From positions 71,795 through 117,318 of the forward strand of contig CAZMNA010000002.1 in NCBI GenBank assembly GCA_964567555.1: DNA of 45,524 nt. Reading direction: 5' to 3'. This stretch comes from an uncultured Candidatus Saccharibacteria bacterium. GTDB taxonomy: Bacteria; Patescibacteriota; Saccharimonadia; Saccharimonadales; UBA10212. Made by a program: the position numbers and the translations under genes. Of the stretch, positions 27,613 through 37,456 are shown in pieces. Within the stretch, counting starts at the first letter, position 1; each line of letters starts with the position of its first letter. Under the pieces are notes generated by a model. It made no database searches. It was not told the DNA's origin and saw only the letters and a program-made list of their open reading frames with translations.

Positions 27613-28449
27613 ATGGCACTTATCCAACTCAAAGAACTCTCCAAGATTTACGGCTTCGGTGATGCTACAGTATTGGCGCTAGATGAAGTTGACTTGGTCG
27701 TTAAGCGCGGCGAGTTCGTGGCCATCATGGGTCCCAGCGGCTGCGGTAAAACAACGCTTCTTAATATGATTGGCTTGCTGGATAAACCGACCCACGGCAC
27801 ATACTTGTTAGAAGGCCGTCACGCCTCCCGCCAGCGCGCCGACCGGTTGGCAAAATTGCGCCGGGACCGGATTGGCTTTGTTTTTCAGTCTTATAATTTG
27901 CTGCCGCGCTTAAATGTTTTGGATAATGTTGCCCTGCCCCTGGCCTATAAAGGCATGTCACCGGTGAGGCGGGCAACAAAAGCCAGCGATATTTTAGAAA
28001 TCGTCGGTCTACGCGACCGCGAATATTACTACCCGCGCCAGCTGTCCGGTGGCCAAGCCCAGCGCGCCGCTATCGCCCGCGCGCTAGTCAATAATCCGGA
28101 AATATTAATTGCCGATGAACCAACCGGCAACCTAGACAGCACCGACAGTAAAGTTGTTATGGAACTGCTCAGCGACATCAACCGCCGGGGCAACACAATA
28201 CTAATGGTCACCCACAATCCAGAGTTAACGCGGTATGCCCAGCGGGTAATTTACATGCGCGATGGCCGGATAGTTGGCGATGAAAAAACCCGCCTTGGGG
28301 AAGTAGCCAAGGGCGCTCGCCGCTTATATTACAAACTGCGCCCGTTTAGCGATGATGAAATCTTAAGCGGTGTCTCAGCCCTCATGAAGCGCGTAGAAAC
28401 CAAACCCTCATCCCGCCGCAATACTAAAAAGAAAGCCAAGAACGCGTGA
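27613..28449 (+). CDS. ABC transporter ATP-binding protein (MacB/LolD-like)
   Basis: GPSGCGKTT, LSGGQAQR, ILIADEPTGNLD, VTH. Confidence 0.95.
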   Translation: MALIQLKELSKIYGFGDATVLALDEVDLVVKRGEFVAIMGPSGCGKTTLLNMIGLLDKPTHGTYLLEGRHASRQRADRLAKLRRDRIGFVFQSYNLLPRLNVLDNVALPLAYKGMSPVRRATKASDILEIVGLRDREYYYPRQLSGGQAQRAAIARALVNNPEILIADEPTGNLDSTDSKVVMELLSDINRRGNTILMVTHNPELTRYAQRVIYMRDGRIVGDEKTRLGEVAKGARRLYYKLRPFSDDEILSGVSALMKRVETKPSSRRNTKKKAKNA

Positions 28450-29672
28450 AGATTAATATTTATTCCGGCAATGTGAAATCGGCCTGGTACAGCCTGCGGG
28501 CCAGCCGCGTGCGCTCGTTTTTTACGATGCTAGGCGTGATTATCGGGATTACCAGCGTAGTTACCGTTGTCAGCCTGGGTACGGGCTTAAAGCACCAACT
28601 CTCCGGCCAAATCAACCGCCTAGGCCCGGATGTTCTAAGTGTTCGCTCTGGCCAAATTAACGCTAGCAACACCAGCAGCTTAACGACTTTGTCGCTACTT
28701 GGCATCAGCAGTATTACGCCGGCTGATGTCACCACTCTAGGCAAAGTTCCGCAGCTAAAAGCCGTGGCACCGTTTGATTTTGTAACCAACACAGTAACCA
28801 AAAACGGTACCAGGCTTGGTAATGTTTTTGTAATTGGTACAACGCCGGACCTAGCCAGCGTAGCTAAGCTAGACCCTAGGTTTGGCAATTTTTTATCCGG
28901 CGATACGGATAGTCAAAATGTTGCTGTGCTGGGTAGTAGCGTCGCCCTCAAATTGTTTAATGAACTTAACCCGGTTGGTGAAAGTTTTAATGTTGATGGG
29001 CAACCCTTCACCGTTTACGGTGTATTGCCGCAATCGCCCGGTGGTCTACTGTCCGTCGCCCAGACCGATTTTAATTCATCGGTTTTTATACCGTTTTCTA
29101 CCGCTCAACGTTTAAACGCTGGCCACGCCGATATTTTGCAGGTACTCGTCAAAGCAGCTGACTCTAAAAAAGTTAACCAGGCGGCGCTGGCGGCGCAGTC
29201 TGCCCTGGCCCGCTCACATCCGGGCGCCAGCTTTTCGGTTTTAACCCAAAAACAGCTAGCCGATATTGCCAATGGTGTAATCAACACGGCTACCAAATTT
29301 ATATCGGCGGTTGCAGGCATATCGCTTTTAGTCGGAGGTATTGGCATCATGGACGTCATGCTTGTAAGTGTGTCCGAGCGCACACGTGAAATCGGCCTTA
29401 GAAAGGCCGTGGGCGCTACTAACCGTCAGGTCTTAAACCAGTTTATGATTGAGGGTCTGGTTTTGAGTGTTGGCGGTGGCATAATTGGCATTTTGGCTTC
29501 ACTTCTCGTAGATTTACTGCTCAAACTTTACACTAACTGGCAGCCGGTGCTTGATTGGCCAATACTTGTTGTCGCAGCCATAGTCTCAGTGGATGTTGGT
29601 ATAGTTTTCTCGGCCGTTCCAGCCATTAAAGCTGCTGCCAAAAACCCCATCGAAGCCCTCAGAAGCGAATAA
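28446..29672 (+). CDS. ABC transporter permease (MacB/FtsX family)
   Basis: RSFFTMLGVIIG, LLVGGIGIM..MLVSVSERTREIGLRKAVGA, PAIKAAAKNPIEALR. Confidence 0.95.
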   Translation: MKINIYSGNVKSAWYSLRASRVRSFFTMLGVIIGITSVVTVVSLGTGLKHQLSGQINRLGPDVLSVRSGQINASNTSSLTTLSLLGISSITPADVTTLGKVPQLKAVAPFDFVTNTVTKNGTRLGNVFVIGTTPDLASVAKLDPRFGNFLSGDTDSQNVAVLGSSVALKLFNELNPVGESFNVDGQPFTVYGVLPQSPGGLLSVAQTDFNSSVFIPFSTAQRLNAGHADILQVLVKAADSKKVNQAALAAQSALARSHPGASFSVLTQKQLADIANGVINTATKFISAVAGISLLVGGIGIMDVMLVSVSERTREIGLRKAVGATNRQVLNQFMIEGLVLSVGGGIIGILASLLVDLLLKLYTNWQPVLDWPILVVAAIVSVDVGIVFSAVPAIKAAAKNPIEALRSE

Positions 29673-29698
29673 AAACCGCCAGGAGTATCTGGCGGTTT
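29673..29698. terminator. Bidirectional hairpin between convergent genes
   Basis: AAACCGCCAG-GAGTAT-CTGGCGGTTT. Confidence 0.7.
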
Positions 29699-29717
29699 AG
29701 AAACATGTGGTGGATTT

Positions 29718-30245
29718 CTACGCCGCTTTGGGTTGGTCGGTTTCCTCTTGCCTACCTTTCTCGATTTTGTTATTTATGCGTTTCAGTGCGAGTTTTGTAA
29801 TTAAGGGTGCGGCTTCTGGTGAAGAAAATTCATGTATGTATCCTGCTCGTTTGACTTCTGCCTTGCCCTGCCCAGAAGTCGTAGTTAGGCCCTCGTACGC
29901 TACTTCCTGACCCGAGTTTGTTGCGTGGCGAGTTCGTGCGTCAACAGTTTTATGTTCAACTATAGGGTTATTTACATCGCTTCGTGTACTGACCAAAGAG
30001 CCTTCAAGATCGGATATGCTTGAGGTATCTTCCATTCTCCCTGGAGCAAACCAATCACCGCTTGATTCACGTACATTGACACCGCCCGGCAGCTCTTTGC
30101 CCTGCCATCTGCTTCCTCTGTAAGATCCTGGCGTCTCACCATATAGACGCGATATCTCTCCGCTTGTATCATAGTAATTTTTGCGTGCTATATCTCGCGC
30201 TTTTTCCCAAGCTTCTTTGCCTGCGGATGAAAGTTCTTCGCTCAT
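29718..30245 (-). CDS. Hypothetical protein
   Basis: 175-aa ORF ending at the shared terminator; no family recognised. Confidence 0.55.
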   Translation of the reverse strand: MSEELSSAGKEAWEKARDIARKNYYDTSGEISRLYGETPGSYRGSRWQGKELPGGVNVRESSGDWFAPGRMEDTSSISDLEGSLVSTRSDVNNPIVEHKTVDARTRHATNSGQEVAYEGLTTTSGQGKAEVKRAGYIHEFSSPEAAPLITKLALKRINNKIEKGRQEETDQPKAA

Positions 30246-30315
30246 TTCTGTCTTCCTTTTTGATTTTTACGAACTATGGGCCTACGCTATCATACTTATG
30301 CTTAATTTGCAAGTG

Positions 30316-31338
30316 TTAACCGAGTTCTTTTTTAAACTTTTCTACAAAATCTACCGGCGCTGGATTCACGCCGTTTAAAAGCCCCAAATAAATAGTCACA
30401 AAATCACCATATCCAATCGCCCAAAGCAGCTGCTCCAGCAAATCATTCCCTTGCACACTAATCACATGCGGTGCCGGGCGGCGGCCGGACAATAACTTTT
30501 CCGCAACTTCAAAACGCCGCAGGATTCTTGGGTTCTCTAGACTGGAGCGCAGCTCCACCACCGCATACGGTTTTTGAACTGGGTGCGATGTCCAGCCAAT
30601 CAGCTCGTTATGGTCAAACTCCGGCAGCTCGTTCCACCAAGCTACATTTTTGGCATTTTCATTAACATTGATCTTCCATTTGTAGGCAGATGGTGCCATC
30701 AACGGGCCACCGTAAATAACAACCGACTTACCGGCCAGCTCCATGGCCAATTTCTTAGCCGGGTTATCGCTCATTGGCACGGTTGGCAGCCACGCCTTAA
30801 CGGCACCTGCCAAGAATTCTACGCCCTCGGCGATTTCCCTGCCTTGCTCGGGCGCTAGGCCTGCCGCTTTTAGGATACTTTCCACCGCCTTTAGCATATA
30901 AAGCACCGCGTAGCGCGGCTGCTCGGCCTTGGGAACTAGAACAAACGCGTGGCTGCCTGCCTCAGCCAGTTCTTTAAGCTTGCCACCGCCTGCCATAACC
31001 ACAATGCGCGCTCTGGCTTTTACGGCTTCGTCTAAAGCCGAGAGTGTTTCTTCCGTATTACCCGAATAGGAGCAAGCAATAAATAGCGTATCGGGCCCCA
31101 CATAGGCCGGAACGTGGTAATTCCTAACCACTTCAAACGGCACCTTGGCGCCTGGCCAAACTTTGGCAAAAAGTGCCGGCAAAGCCGAGCCGCCCATACC
31201 TGCAAAAACAACATTTTTATAAAAGCCGCCAAGATCCGGCACGCTAAACTCATGCTTTAGCTGAGTAGCTTGGCGCTCAGCCACACCCAGAGCGTCTTGC
31301 CCGTCCCGCTGGTGTATGTATTTTAAATCATCTAGCAC
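30316..31338 (-). CDS. Bifunctional phosphoglucose/phosphomannose isomerase (SIS domains)
   Basis: VFAGMGGSA, SYSGNTEETL, QPR, NENAK, LPEFDHNE. Confidence 0.92.
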   Translation of the reverse strand: MLDDLKYIHQRDGQDALGVAERQATQLKHEFSVPDLGGFYKNVVFAGMGGSALPALFAKVWPGAKVPFEVVRNYHVPAYVGPDTLFIACSYSGNTEETLSALDEAVKARARIVVMAGGGKLKELAEAGSHAFVLVPKAEQPRYAVLYMLKAVESILKAAGLAPEQGREIAEGVEFLAGAVKAWLPTVPMSDNPAKKLAMELAGKSVVIYGGPLMAPSAYKWKINVNENAKNVAWWNELPEFDHNELIGWTSHPVQKPYAVVELRSSLENPRILRRFEVAEKLLSGRRPAPHVISVQGNDLLEQLLWAIGYGDFVTIYLGLLNGVNPAPVDFVEKFKKELG

Positions 31339-31374
31339 TAAGGCTATTTTAGCTCAAAAGTGTATATTTTGTGT

Positions 31375-31773
31375 TTAGAGGTTTTTGCGACGGTTTATGA
31401 TGTAGTGGCCTGTGCCAGCCAGTGCGCTGGTGCCAACAAACAGTTCAGTCACGTCACCGGGCCCAGTGTTAGGCACTTCATTTGGCTTATTGGCTGACGC
31501 AGAACTGTTGCTTTTAGCGGCTTTGGACTTACTACCGGTCTGGTGTTGAGACGTTTGCTGGCTTGTCCCGGCAGAGCTGGCAGTTTGATTGGCCTTACTG
31601 TGATGATGAATTGCCCTGCCAATGAAAATTGCAATAACCAGGATAATAACGGCTCCAAGTACCCGCACAGGCCAGTTTAATCTGCCAATGGATTTGTTAT
31701 AAAAATCTTTGGCAGGCAAACGCTTGCCTTCACTTTCCGTTTCTTCCACCGGATTCTTTAAATCTTCGTCCAT
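31375..31773 (-). CDS. Small membrane protein with LPXTG-like (VPNTG) C-terminal sorting-type signal
   Basis: N-terminal TM, Ser/Gln-rich linker, VPNTG, moderately hydrophobic stretch, RRK tail. Confidence 0.6.
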   Translation of the reverse strand: MDEDLKNPVEETESEGKRLPAKDFYNKSIGRLNWPVRVLGAVIILVIAIFIGRAIHHHSKANQTASSAGTSQQTSQHQTGSKSKAAKSNSSASANKPNEVPNTGPGDVTELFVGTSALAGTGHYIINRRKNL

Positions 31774-31826
31774 AAAACCTCCAAGTGACCCATTTATACC
31801 ACCATTTTACCAAGTGTGCAAGATGG

Positions 31827-33302
31827 CTAGCTTACAGATTCCTTCTTCGTAGAGGCTTGTCGCTCGGCTTCCAGGCGCTGGGCGATGGCATCCCCAATCA
31901 GCCGGCTGGCCGTTGGGCGATACTCGTTGGTCAGAACTTTGCCAATCTTCGTACGCGCCATAATTGCCGTAACGGCTGAGCGGAAATTCAACTCTCCGTT
32001 GCTGGCTTCTACTTCGCCAATTAAACCTTGTTGTCTCAAACTTTCCAGTAATTCTAGGTTGTCAATTTTTATAAGAGTTGTGTGACCCAGACGGTAACCA
32101 CGGTTTTTCAAAATGGTTATCGCACGATTGGCTTCTTCCACAAAGTGCCGCTCCCAGCTGAAAACATAACCTCCACGCACAAAAATAGGGACGGGCTCTA
32201 GTGTCTCTTGGTCCTTAACTTGCCCTCCATACCTTGGGTTGCTACCTGCCACAGATTCCTCTAGTTTTTGCGGCATATACGACTCAACATCTAGTAGCCC
32301 AGCCTCAGACGCCTCCATCACAAAAATTCCAGCTTGAATTGGTTTGATCCCTAACTTAGCTTTTACAGATCTTACGTTGTCTTGAATTACATTACTAGTA
32401 CATTGGAGGCTACCGGCAATTTCCCTTTGAGCCATACCAGTAGATAGTCCACATAAGACTCTCGTTTCTTGTTCGGTTAGCTCGCTTATTTTAGTTGGAT
32501 CGATTTTTAGCTGTCGGGCTAGCTCATCTTTGAATATTGAGTAGGCCAAAGTTGCGGCTATGGTTTGATTTGAAACTTCAGTTTGGCGGATAATTGTCGA
32601 TCTGTGTGCATTGACCGTATGATGGTTTATGCTAGCCTGTCTTGCTATTTCTTTATCGGTATTACCCAGTACAATTAGCTTCCAAATTTTTACAGTACGT
32701 GGGCTTAGCCCAAATTGATTACTAACCGATCCTTCATGGGATACTGGCGGATCTGGATCCTTAGCCATGCTCTTCTCTGCTTCCAGCCAGCCTATCACGC
32801 TAATCTGCAGTCTGTTAGAACAACCTGCTTTTTTATAAATTTCTTTCACTTGTGAGGCTACTGTGGCAGAACTAATCCCAAGCTCACTCGCTATCTGCTC
32901 ATTACTTAGTCCTTCCTTGACTTGGTCAAACACCTTGCGCTCGTCGGGCGATAAAGAATCTAGACGTTCTACGTCTAGGTCAGGTATAAATTGGCTCCGA
33001 TTGGGACGCTGAGCATAGGCTTCACAAGCGGCCAATGCAGCTTCCCTGCGGTTTCCGGCACCGACTTGTTGCAACACCGTTCGAACGTGTGACGCAACCG
33101 TATGATGAGGTAACGAAAGGCTAGTCGCAATCTCCTCATTAGTCAGCCCTTGAGTCATAAGTTGCAAAACTTTTAGACTTTCCTCACTCAGGTCGAACGG
33201 AGACTCTAAACCTTCTGCCTCTTCGTTACGCAAATGCTGCCTCATTAGATTAACGCGTACAGCAATCGGTATCTTGCGTTCTAATTGAATACCAAGCAAC
33301 AA
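31827..33302 (-). CDS. Protein with four tandem LuxR-type HTH domains (frame open upstream to an in-frame TAA at 33510-33512)
   Basis: Four LS/LT..E..V..L...G.TN.EIA..L.....TV..H repeats. An in-frame ATG at 33536 is separated from the rest by a single TAA. Confidence 0.75.
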   Translation of the reverse strand: MLLGIQLERKIPIAVRVNLMRQHLRNEEAEGLESPFDLSEESLKVLQLMTQGLTNEEIATSLSLPHHTVASHVRTVLQQVGAGNRREAALAACEAYAQRPNRSQFIPDLDVERLDSLSPDERKVFDQVKEGLSNEQIASELGISSATVASQVKEIYKKAGCSNRLQISVIGWLEAEKSMAKDPDPPVSHEGSVSNQFGLSPRTVKIWKLIVLGNTDKEIARQASINHHTVNAHRSTIIRQTEVSNQTIAATLAYSIFKDELARQLKIDPTKISELTEQETRVLCGLSTGMAQREIAGSLQCTSNVIQDNVRSVKAKLGIKPIQAGIFVMEASEAGLLDVESYMPQKLEESVAGSNPRYGGQVKDQETLEPVPIFVRGGYVFSWERHFVEEANRAITILKNRGYRLGHTTLIKIDNLELLESLRQQGLIGEVEASNGELNFRSAVTAIMARTKIGKVLTNEYRPTASRLIGDAIAQRLEAERQASTKKESVS

Positions 33303-33540
33303 AGCAGTGTTGCCAATTTGGTCTAGAGTTTGTCGGTAATCTTCTGGCAGGTTAGGGTTTCTGGACAGTCCCTCTCCGCTCTTTTGACCACTTACCTGTA
33401 CAGCAATCTGCCCAAAACGAACAAATAAATCATAAGCTTCTGACTGCGCCTCAGCAGGGAAAAAATACCGACCATCAAGACGGGCAGTTTCATCTGCAAA
33501 AGTAATGGCTTACGCTTCTTCTTGGTTAGGTGACATAATA

Positions 33541-33569
33541 AATAAAACTCCCTTGTAGGGAGCTTTATT
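33541..33569 (-). terminator. groEL terminator-like hairpin
   Basis: Plus-strand AATAAAACTCCC-TTGTA-GGGAGCTTTATT about 30 nt after the groEL stop, with a T-rich tail on the minus strand. Confidence 0.6.
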
Positions 33570-33596
33570 ATAAAACTTTTACGTTTTTTTAGCAAG

Positions 33597-35237
33597 CTAC
33601 ATCATGCCCATGCCGCCGCCCATGTCTGGAGCGGCTGGAGCCTGCTTCTCTGGCACATCAGCCACCAGCGCGCCCATGGTCATGGCCGTACCGGCAATAG
33701 ACACCGCATTTTGTACAACTTCCTTGACCACCCGAGTCGGGTCCACTACGCCAATTTCTTTCATGTTAGCCGTGGCTTCCGGGCTGTTGACGTCAAAGCC
33801 GACACCGGCTTTGGCCTCCAAAACTTTCTCCAGCTTGGCCTCGGCGTTTAGGCCGGCGTTGCTCATCAGTTGCTTAAACGGCTCTAGCAGCGCATTTTTT
33901 AAGATGCCTGCGCCAGCTGCCACAGAATCGTTACCATCCGCCTTCATTTGCTTAGACAGATCAACTAGCGTCACCCCACCACCCGGCACGATGCCTTCAT
34001 CCAGCGCCGCTTTAACAGCTGCCACAGCGTCATCCACCCGGAATTTTTTCTCTTCAATTTCGGTCTCGGTTGCACCGCCAACTTTGATGACAGCCACCTT
34101 GCCTTCCAGCGCCGCTCGGCGCTTTTCTAAGTTTTCTTTATCGTATTCGCTGGATGCAGCTTCAACCTGCTTTGTGATTTGGGCAATGCGGGCTTTGATA
34201 GCCGCGTCAGTGCCAGCACCTTCAATGATGGTCGTCTCGTCTTTTGTCACAATCACCCGACGGGCACTGCCTAACATGGCAACTTCCGCGTTTTCAAATG
34301 TGGCACCAGTGTCTTCAGAAATTACTTCCCCGCCCGTCAAGATGGCTAGGTCGGCTAAGATCTCTTTGCGCTGATCACCAAAGCTCGGTGCCTTAACCGC
34401 CACGGTGTTAAATACACCTTTGAGTTTGTTGAGTACCAGCGTACCTAGCGCCTCGCCCTCAACATCATCGGCAACAATCACCAAATCTTTTTTGCCAGCT
34501 TGAGCCAGCTTTTCAAGCAGCGGTAAAAATTCCTGGACACTTGAAACCTTTTGGTCGGTTATTAAAATCAGTGGCTTGTCATAGACAGCTTCCATGCGGG
34601 CAGTGTCGGTCACCATATACGGGCTGACGTAGCCGCGATCCATGGTAAAGCCTTCCACGACTTCACTCTCCATGGCCAAGCCTTGGCCTTCTTCAACCGT
34701 CACCACGCCGTCTTTGCCGACTTTGTCCATGACATCAGCAATTAGCGTACCGATTTGTTCATCGCCGGCACTAATGGTAGCGACCTCAGACACACGCGTC
34801 TTTTTGCCAGCGACAGGTTCGCTCATGCCGGTCAGTTTGGCCAGAACATCCTTAGCGGCAGCTTCCAAACCTTTTCTAAGTAGCATCGGGTTGTGACCAG
34901 CGGCAATCAATTTATTGGCCTCACTCAGTATGTGGTAAGTCAGCACTGTTACAGTAGTGGTGCCATCGCCGGCCACGTCGTTCATCTTGCTGGCGGCTTC
35001 TTTAATCAGCTCCGCGCCGACTTTGTAGCCCAAGGTTTCATCGTCTTTGTCTTCTAGCTCCACGCCCTTGGCAACGGTCACACCGTCATGGGTGACGGTT
35101 GGTGTGCCATAGGATTTGCTGATGACCACGTTGCGGCCCTTGGGGCCCATGGTTGTCCTAACCGCGTTATATAAAATCTCCGCGCCTTTTAATACTCGTT
35201 GCCGCGCATCTTCATCATAAAAAACTTTTTTAGCCAT
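33597..35237 (-). CDS. groL: Chaperonin GroEL
   Basis: [24 protein letters not shown]-type motif ([13 protein letters not shown]), GIVPGGG, C-terminal GGMGMM. Confidence 0.98.
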   Translation of the reverse strand: MAKKVFYDEDARQRVLKGAEILYNAVRTTMGPKGRNVVISKSYGTPTVTHDGVTVAKGVELEDKDDETLGYKVGAELIKEAASKMNDVAGDGTTTVTVLTYHILSEANKLIAAGHNPMLLRKGLEAAAKDVLAKLTGMSEPVAGKKTRVSEVATISAGDEQIGTLIADVMDKVGKDGVVTVEEGQGLAMESEVVEGFTMDRGYVSPYMVTDTARMEAVYDKPLILITDQKVSSVQEFLPLLEKLAQAGKKDLVIVADDVEGEALGTLVLNKLKGVFNTVAVKAPSFGDQRKEILADLAILTGGEVISEDTGATFENAEVAMLGSARRVIVTKDETTIIEGAGTDAAIKARIAQITKQVEAASSEYDKENLEKRRAALEGKVAVIKVGGATETEIEEKKFRVDDAVAAVKAALDEGIVPGGGVTLVDLSKQMKADGNDSVAAGAGILKNALLEPFKQLMSNAGLNAEAKLEKVLEAKAGVGFDVNSPEATANMKEIGVVDPTRVVKEVVQNAVSIAGTAMTMGALVADVPEKQAPAAPDMGGGMGMM

Positions 35238-35247
35238 ATTTTCCTCC

Positions 35248-35508
35248 TTATTTTACTGTCGCTAACACATCTTCTTCTTTTACAAGGATGTACTCTTTGC
35301 CATCAACTTTGGCTTCTTGGGACGAGTAAGTCTTATAAATTATCCGCTCGCCCGCTTTAATATTTTTTACGTCATTGCCAACTTTTAAAACCTTGGCAAC
35401 TTTAGGCTTTTCGGCCGCTTTATCAGGCAAATAAAGACCGCTTGATGTTTTGGTCTCTGCCCCTTCTTGTTCGGCCAGTACCCAATCAGCTAAAGGATTC
35501 AAGCTCAC
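35248..35508 (-). CDS. groS: Co-chaperonin GroES
   Basis: LNPLADWV, KTSSGLYLP, ILVKEEDVLA; GGAGG RBS upstream of the GTG. Confidence 0.95.
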   Translation of the reverse strand: MSLNPLADWVLAEQEGAETKTSSGLYLPDKAAEKPKVAKVLKVGNDVKNIKAGERIIYKTYSSQEAKVDGKEYILVKEEDVLATVK

Positions 35509-35536
35509 TTTAAAACCTCCCTAAGATTTATATAAA

Positions 35537-35575
35537 CTAGCACTCATAATAGCCGAGTGCCAAATTGTCTGTCAA
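35537..35575 (-). promoter_or_regulatory. CIRCE element overlapping a sigma70 promoter of groESL
   Basis: Minus strand TTGGCACTC-N9-GAGTGCTAG (35563-35537); TTGACA (35575-35570)-N18-TATTAT (35551-35546). Confidence 0.9.
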
Positions 35576-35587
35576 GGCAAACAAAAA

Positions 35588-35647
35588 ACCCGCTGTTTTT
35601 AAAGCGGGTGTTTGCGAGTGCGGGGGTCGGCCGTGGCCGACCCCCGC
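35588..35647 (-). terminator. Two tandem hairpins downstream of the GC-rich orphan
   Basis: ACCCGCT/AGCGGGT and the perfect 13-bp GCGGGGGTCGGCC/GGCCGACCCCCGC. Confidence 0.6.
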
Positions 35648-35659
35648 CGATCCGTCGTC

Positions 35660-36328
35660 CTAGCTCCGAACGATCAAGGACTTGGGCTCGTAGCGGCCCC
35701 AGTCCCAGCCCTCTGGGTCTCCCCAGTCGGGTTCGGTCTGGGCTCCGCGCTGAAGGCGGTCAATTACATCCGCTCGGCTGAGCGGACCGCCGCCGTATTC
35801 CACGTGGAATTCCGGCGGTAGCTCCACCGCACCATCGAGCTCCTCGAAAAGACTGAGGATGTCAGGGTCTACCGCGTCGAGCGGGTCGTCATCGGGGTCT
35901 CCGAGCTCAGCGGGCTCACGGAGGACCGCGTAGTCCACCTCGCTATGCGCCGGCTCCGGCACAGGTGCCGGAACATCGAGCACGGCTCTTGCGGGAAGCG
36001 ATACCGCGACACGTGGGTTCGGCGTGGTCAGATACGTCTCCGGCTCGGGGACGTAGACCTTGCTGCCGTGGTGGCGCCTGCGCACCCTGTAGGTGCGGCG
36101 GCGTTCTCCGCGGAGGCAGCGCTGCGCGCTGATCAGCACGACATTGTCTGTCGTGGCCTCCTCCTCGTAGAACTCGCGCTTCTCGAGCGCGACAAGACCG
36201 TCAATGGCGGCCTTGCGCTGCTCGTAGCAGCGTTCCACCTCCCACGCCATTCTTTCTTCGGGTGTGGGATCCAACTGTGCGAGTGCCGACATGGTCAGCT
36301 CCTTCAGGTCGTAGGGACGGATCGTCAC
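35660..36328 (-). CDS. GC-rich orphan hypothetical protein
   Basis: 222-aa ORF, acidic/Pro-rich C-half, followed by a strong hairpin. The start may be the second ATG (MSALAQ). Confidence 0.55.
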   Translation of the reverse strand: MTIRPYDLKELTMSALAQLDPTPEERMAWEVERCYEQRKAAIDGLVALEKREFYEEEATTDNVVLISAQRCLRGERRRTYRVRRRHHGSKVYVPEPETYLTTPNPRVAVSLPARAVLDVPAPVPEPAHSEVDYAVLREPAELGDPDDDPLDAVDPDILSLFEELDGAVELPPEFHVEYGGGPLSRADVIDRLQRGAQTEPDWGDPEGWDWGRYEPKSLIVRS

Positions 36329-36421
36329 CAGAAAGTACTACTCTGGTGAATGGGCATATTTTACCATAACAACTTTAAAAAGCAAACGTTTATGCTTAGG
36401 CGGATTGTTATACTAAAATCT

Positions 36422-37216
36422 ATGTCCAAAAAAGTCTTGATGTGTCCTCCAACCTATTTTGATATTGAGTACGAAATCAATATTTGGATGCATCAGGATA
36501 ATCAACCAGCCGAGGAAACCGCCTCCCAGCAGTGGCAAAAACTACACGATGTTTATACCCAAAAACTGGGCTGGCAAGTTGAGTTAATTGACCCAGTCAA
36601 AGGCCTGCCAGACATGGTCTTTGCCACCGATTGCTGCGTACTGATTGGCGGCCGTGCCCTGCTCTCCTCCTTCCGTCACCCGGAACGTCAGCCCGAAACT
36701 GGGCATTTTGAAAAGTGGCTTACCGAACATGGTTTTAGCGATTATAAACAGGCTGAGAATTTTTTTGAGGGCGGCGGGGACAACCTAGTTTGTGGCAACA
36801 AAATTCTGGCCGGTCACGGCTTCCGCTCTGCCCCCGAAGCGGCCAAAGAGCTGGAAAAATTTTTCGGCCTAGAAGTCGTGCCGCTTAAAATCGTTGACCC
36901 ACGTTTTTATCATCTGGACACCAGCCTGGCAGTATTATCTGATGACACAGTTGCCAGCTACCTCCCCGCCTTGGATAGAGCCAGCCAAGCCCGTTTAAAA
37001 GCAGCTATCCCTAACGTCATAGAAGCCACCGAAGAAGAAGCCAAAGGCTTTGGCTTAAATGCCGTTTCTGACGGCAAGACTATCATTACCTCGGATGCCT
37101 CTGCCAGCCTGCTAGATAAATACCGCTCAGCTGGTTTTGAAATCATCGGCACACCAATCTTGGAGTTTAGAAAATCTGGCGGCGGCGTTAAATGCCTAAC
37201 GCTCAATCTTAACTAG
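36422..37216 (+). CDS. Amidinotransferase/dimethylarginine dimethylaminohydrolase-family hydrolase
   Basis: VLMCPP..F, PDMVFATD, FEGGGD, FYHLDT, GGGVKCLTL (catalytic Cys). ATG 36422 lies 7 nt after TGtTATACT. Confidence 0.88.
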   Translation: MSKKVLMCPPTYFDIEYEINIWMHQDNQPAEETASQQWQKLHDVYTQKLGWQVELIDPVKGLPDMVFATDCCVLIGGRALLSSFRHPERQPETGHFEKWLTEHGFSDYKQAENFFEGGGDNLVCGNKILAGHGFRSAPEAAKELEKFFGLEVVPLKIVDPRFYHLDTSLAVLSDDTVASYLPALDRASQARLKAAIPNVIEATEEEAKGFGLNAVSDGKTIITSDASASLLDKYRSAGFEIIGTPILEFRKSGGGVKCLTLNLN

Positions 37217-37456
37217 TGATGGAATTTCGCCAGAACGCCAGGCTTCAAATCGGTCTTCGTCTCTTAAATCCCCTTTTAGTTCTTTAAATTGCCGCCGCAA
37301 CTTAAGCTCTTCGGCTAGCTTTGTTTCAGCCATCTTCTTAGCAAATGGGTCAGTGAACTTGTTTTTGAACAGTAGTCTAGCGATAACACAGGCTATAGTT
37401 GCAGTCGGTGCAAATTCCCATAATCGTTCCTGGATCTTTTCTTGGTTAAGTCTCAT
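37196..37456 (-). CDS. Hypothetical protein
   Basis: 86-aa ORF overlapping the murE stop and the end of the convergent gene. Confidence 0.35.
   Translation of the reverse strand: MRLNQEKIQERLWEFAPTATIACVIARLLFKNKFTDPFAKKMAETKLAEELKLRRQFKELKGDLRDEDRFEAWRSGEIPSLVKIER

Noticed and set aside
33392-33595. 67-aa ORF between groEL and the LuxR gene
   Set aside because: It spans the terminator and promoter and overlaps a more protein-like frame continuous with the LuxR ORF.
35797-35810. Second parS site (ATTCCACGTGGAAT)
   Set aside because: It deviates at the outer G/C positions and lies inside a GC-rich ORF, so it was kept only as part of the islet description.
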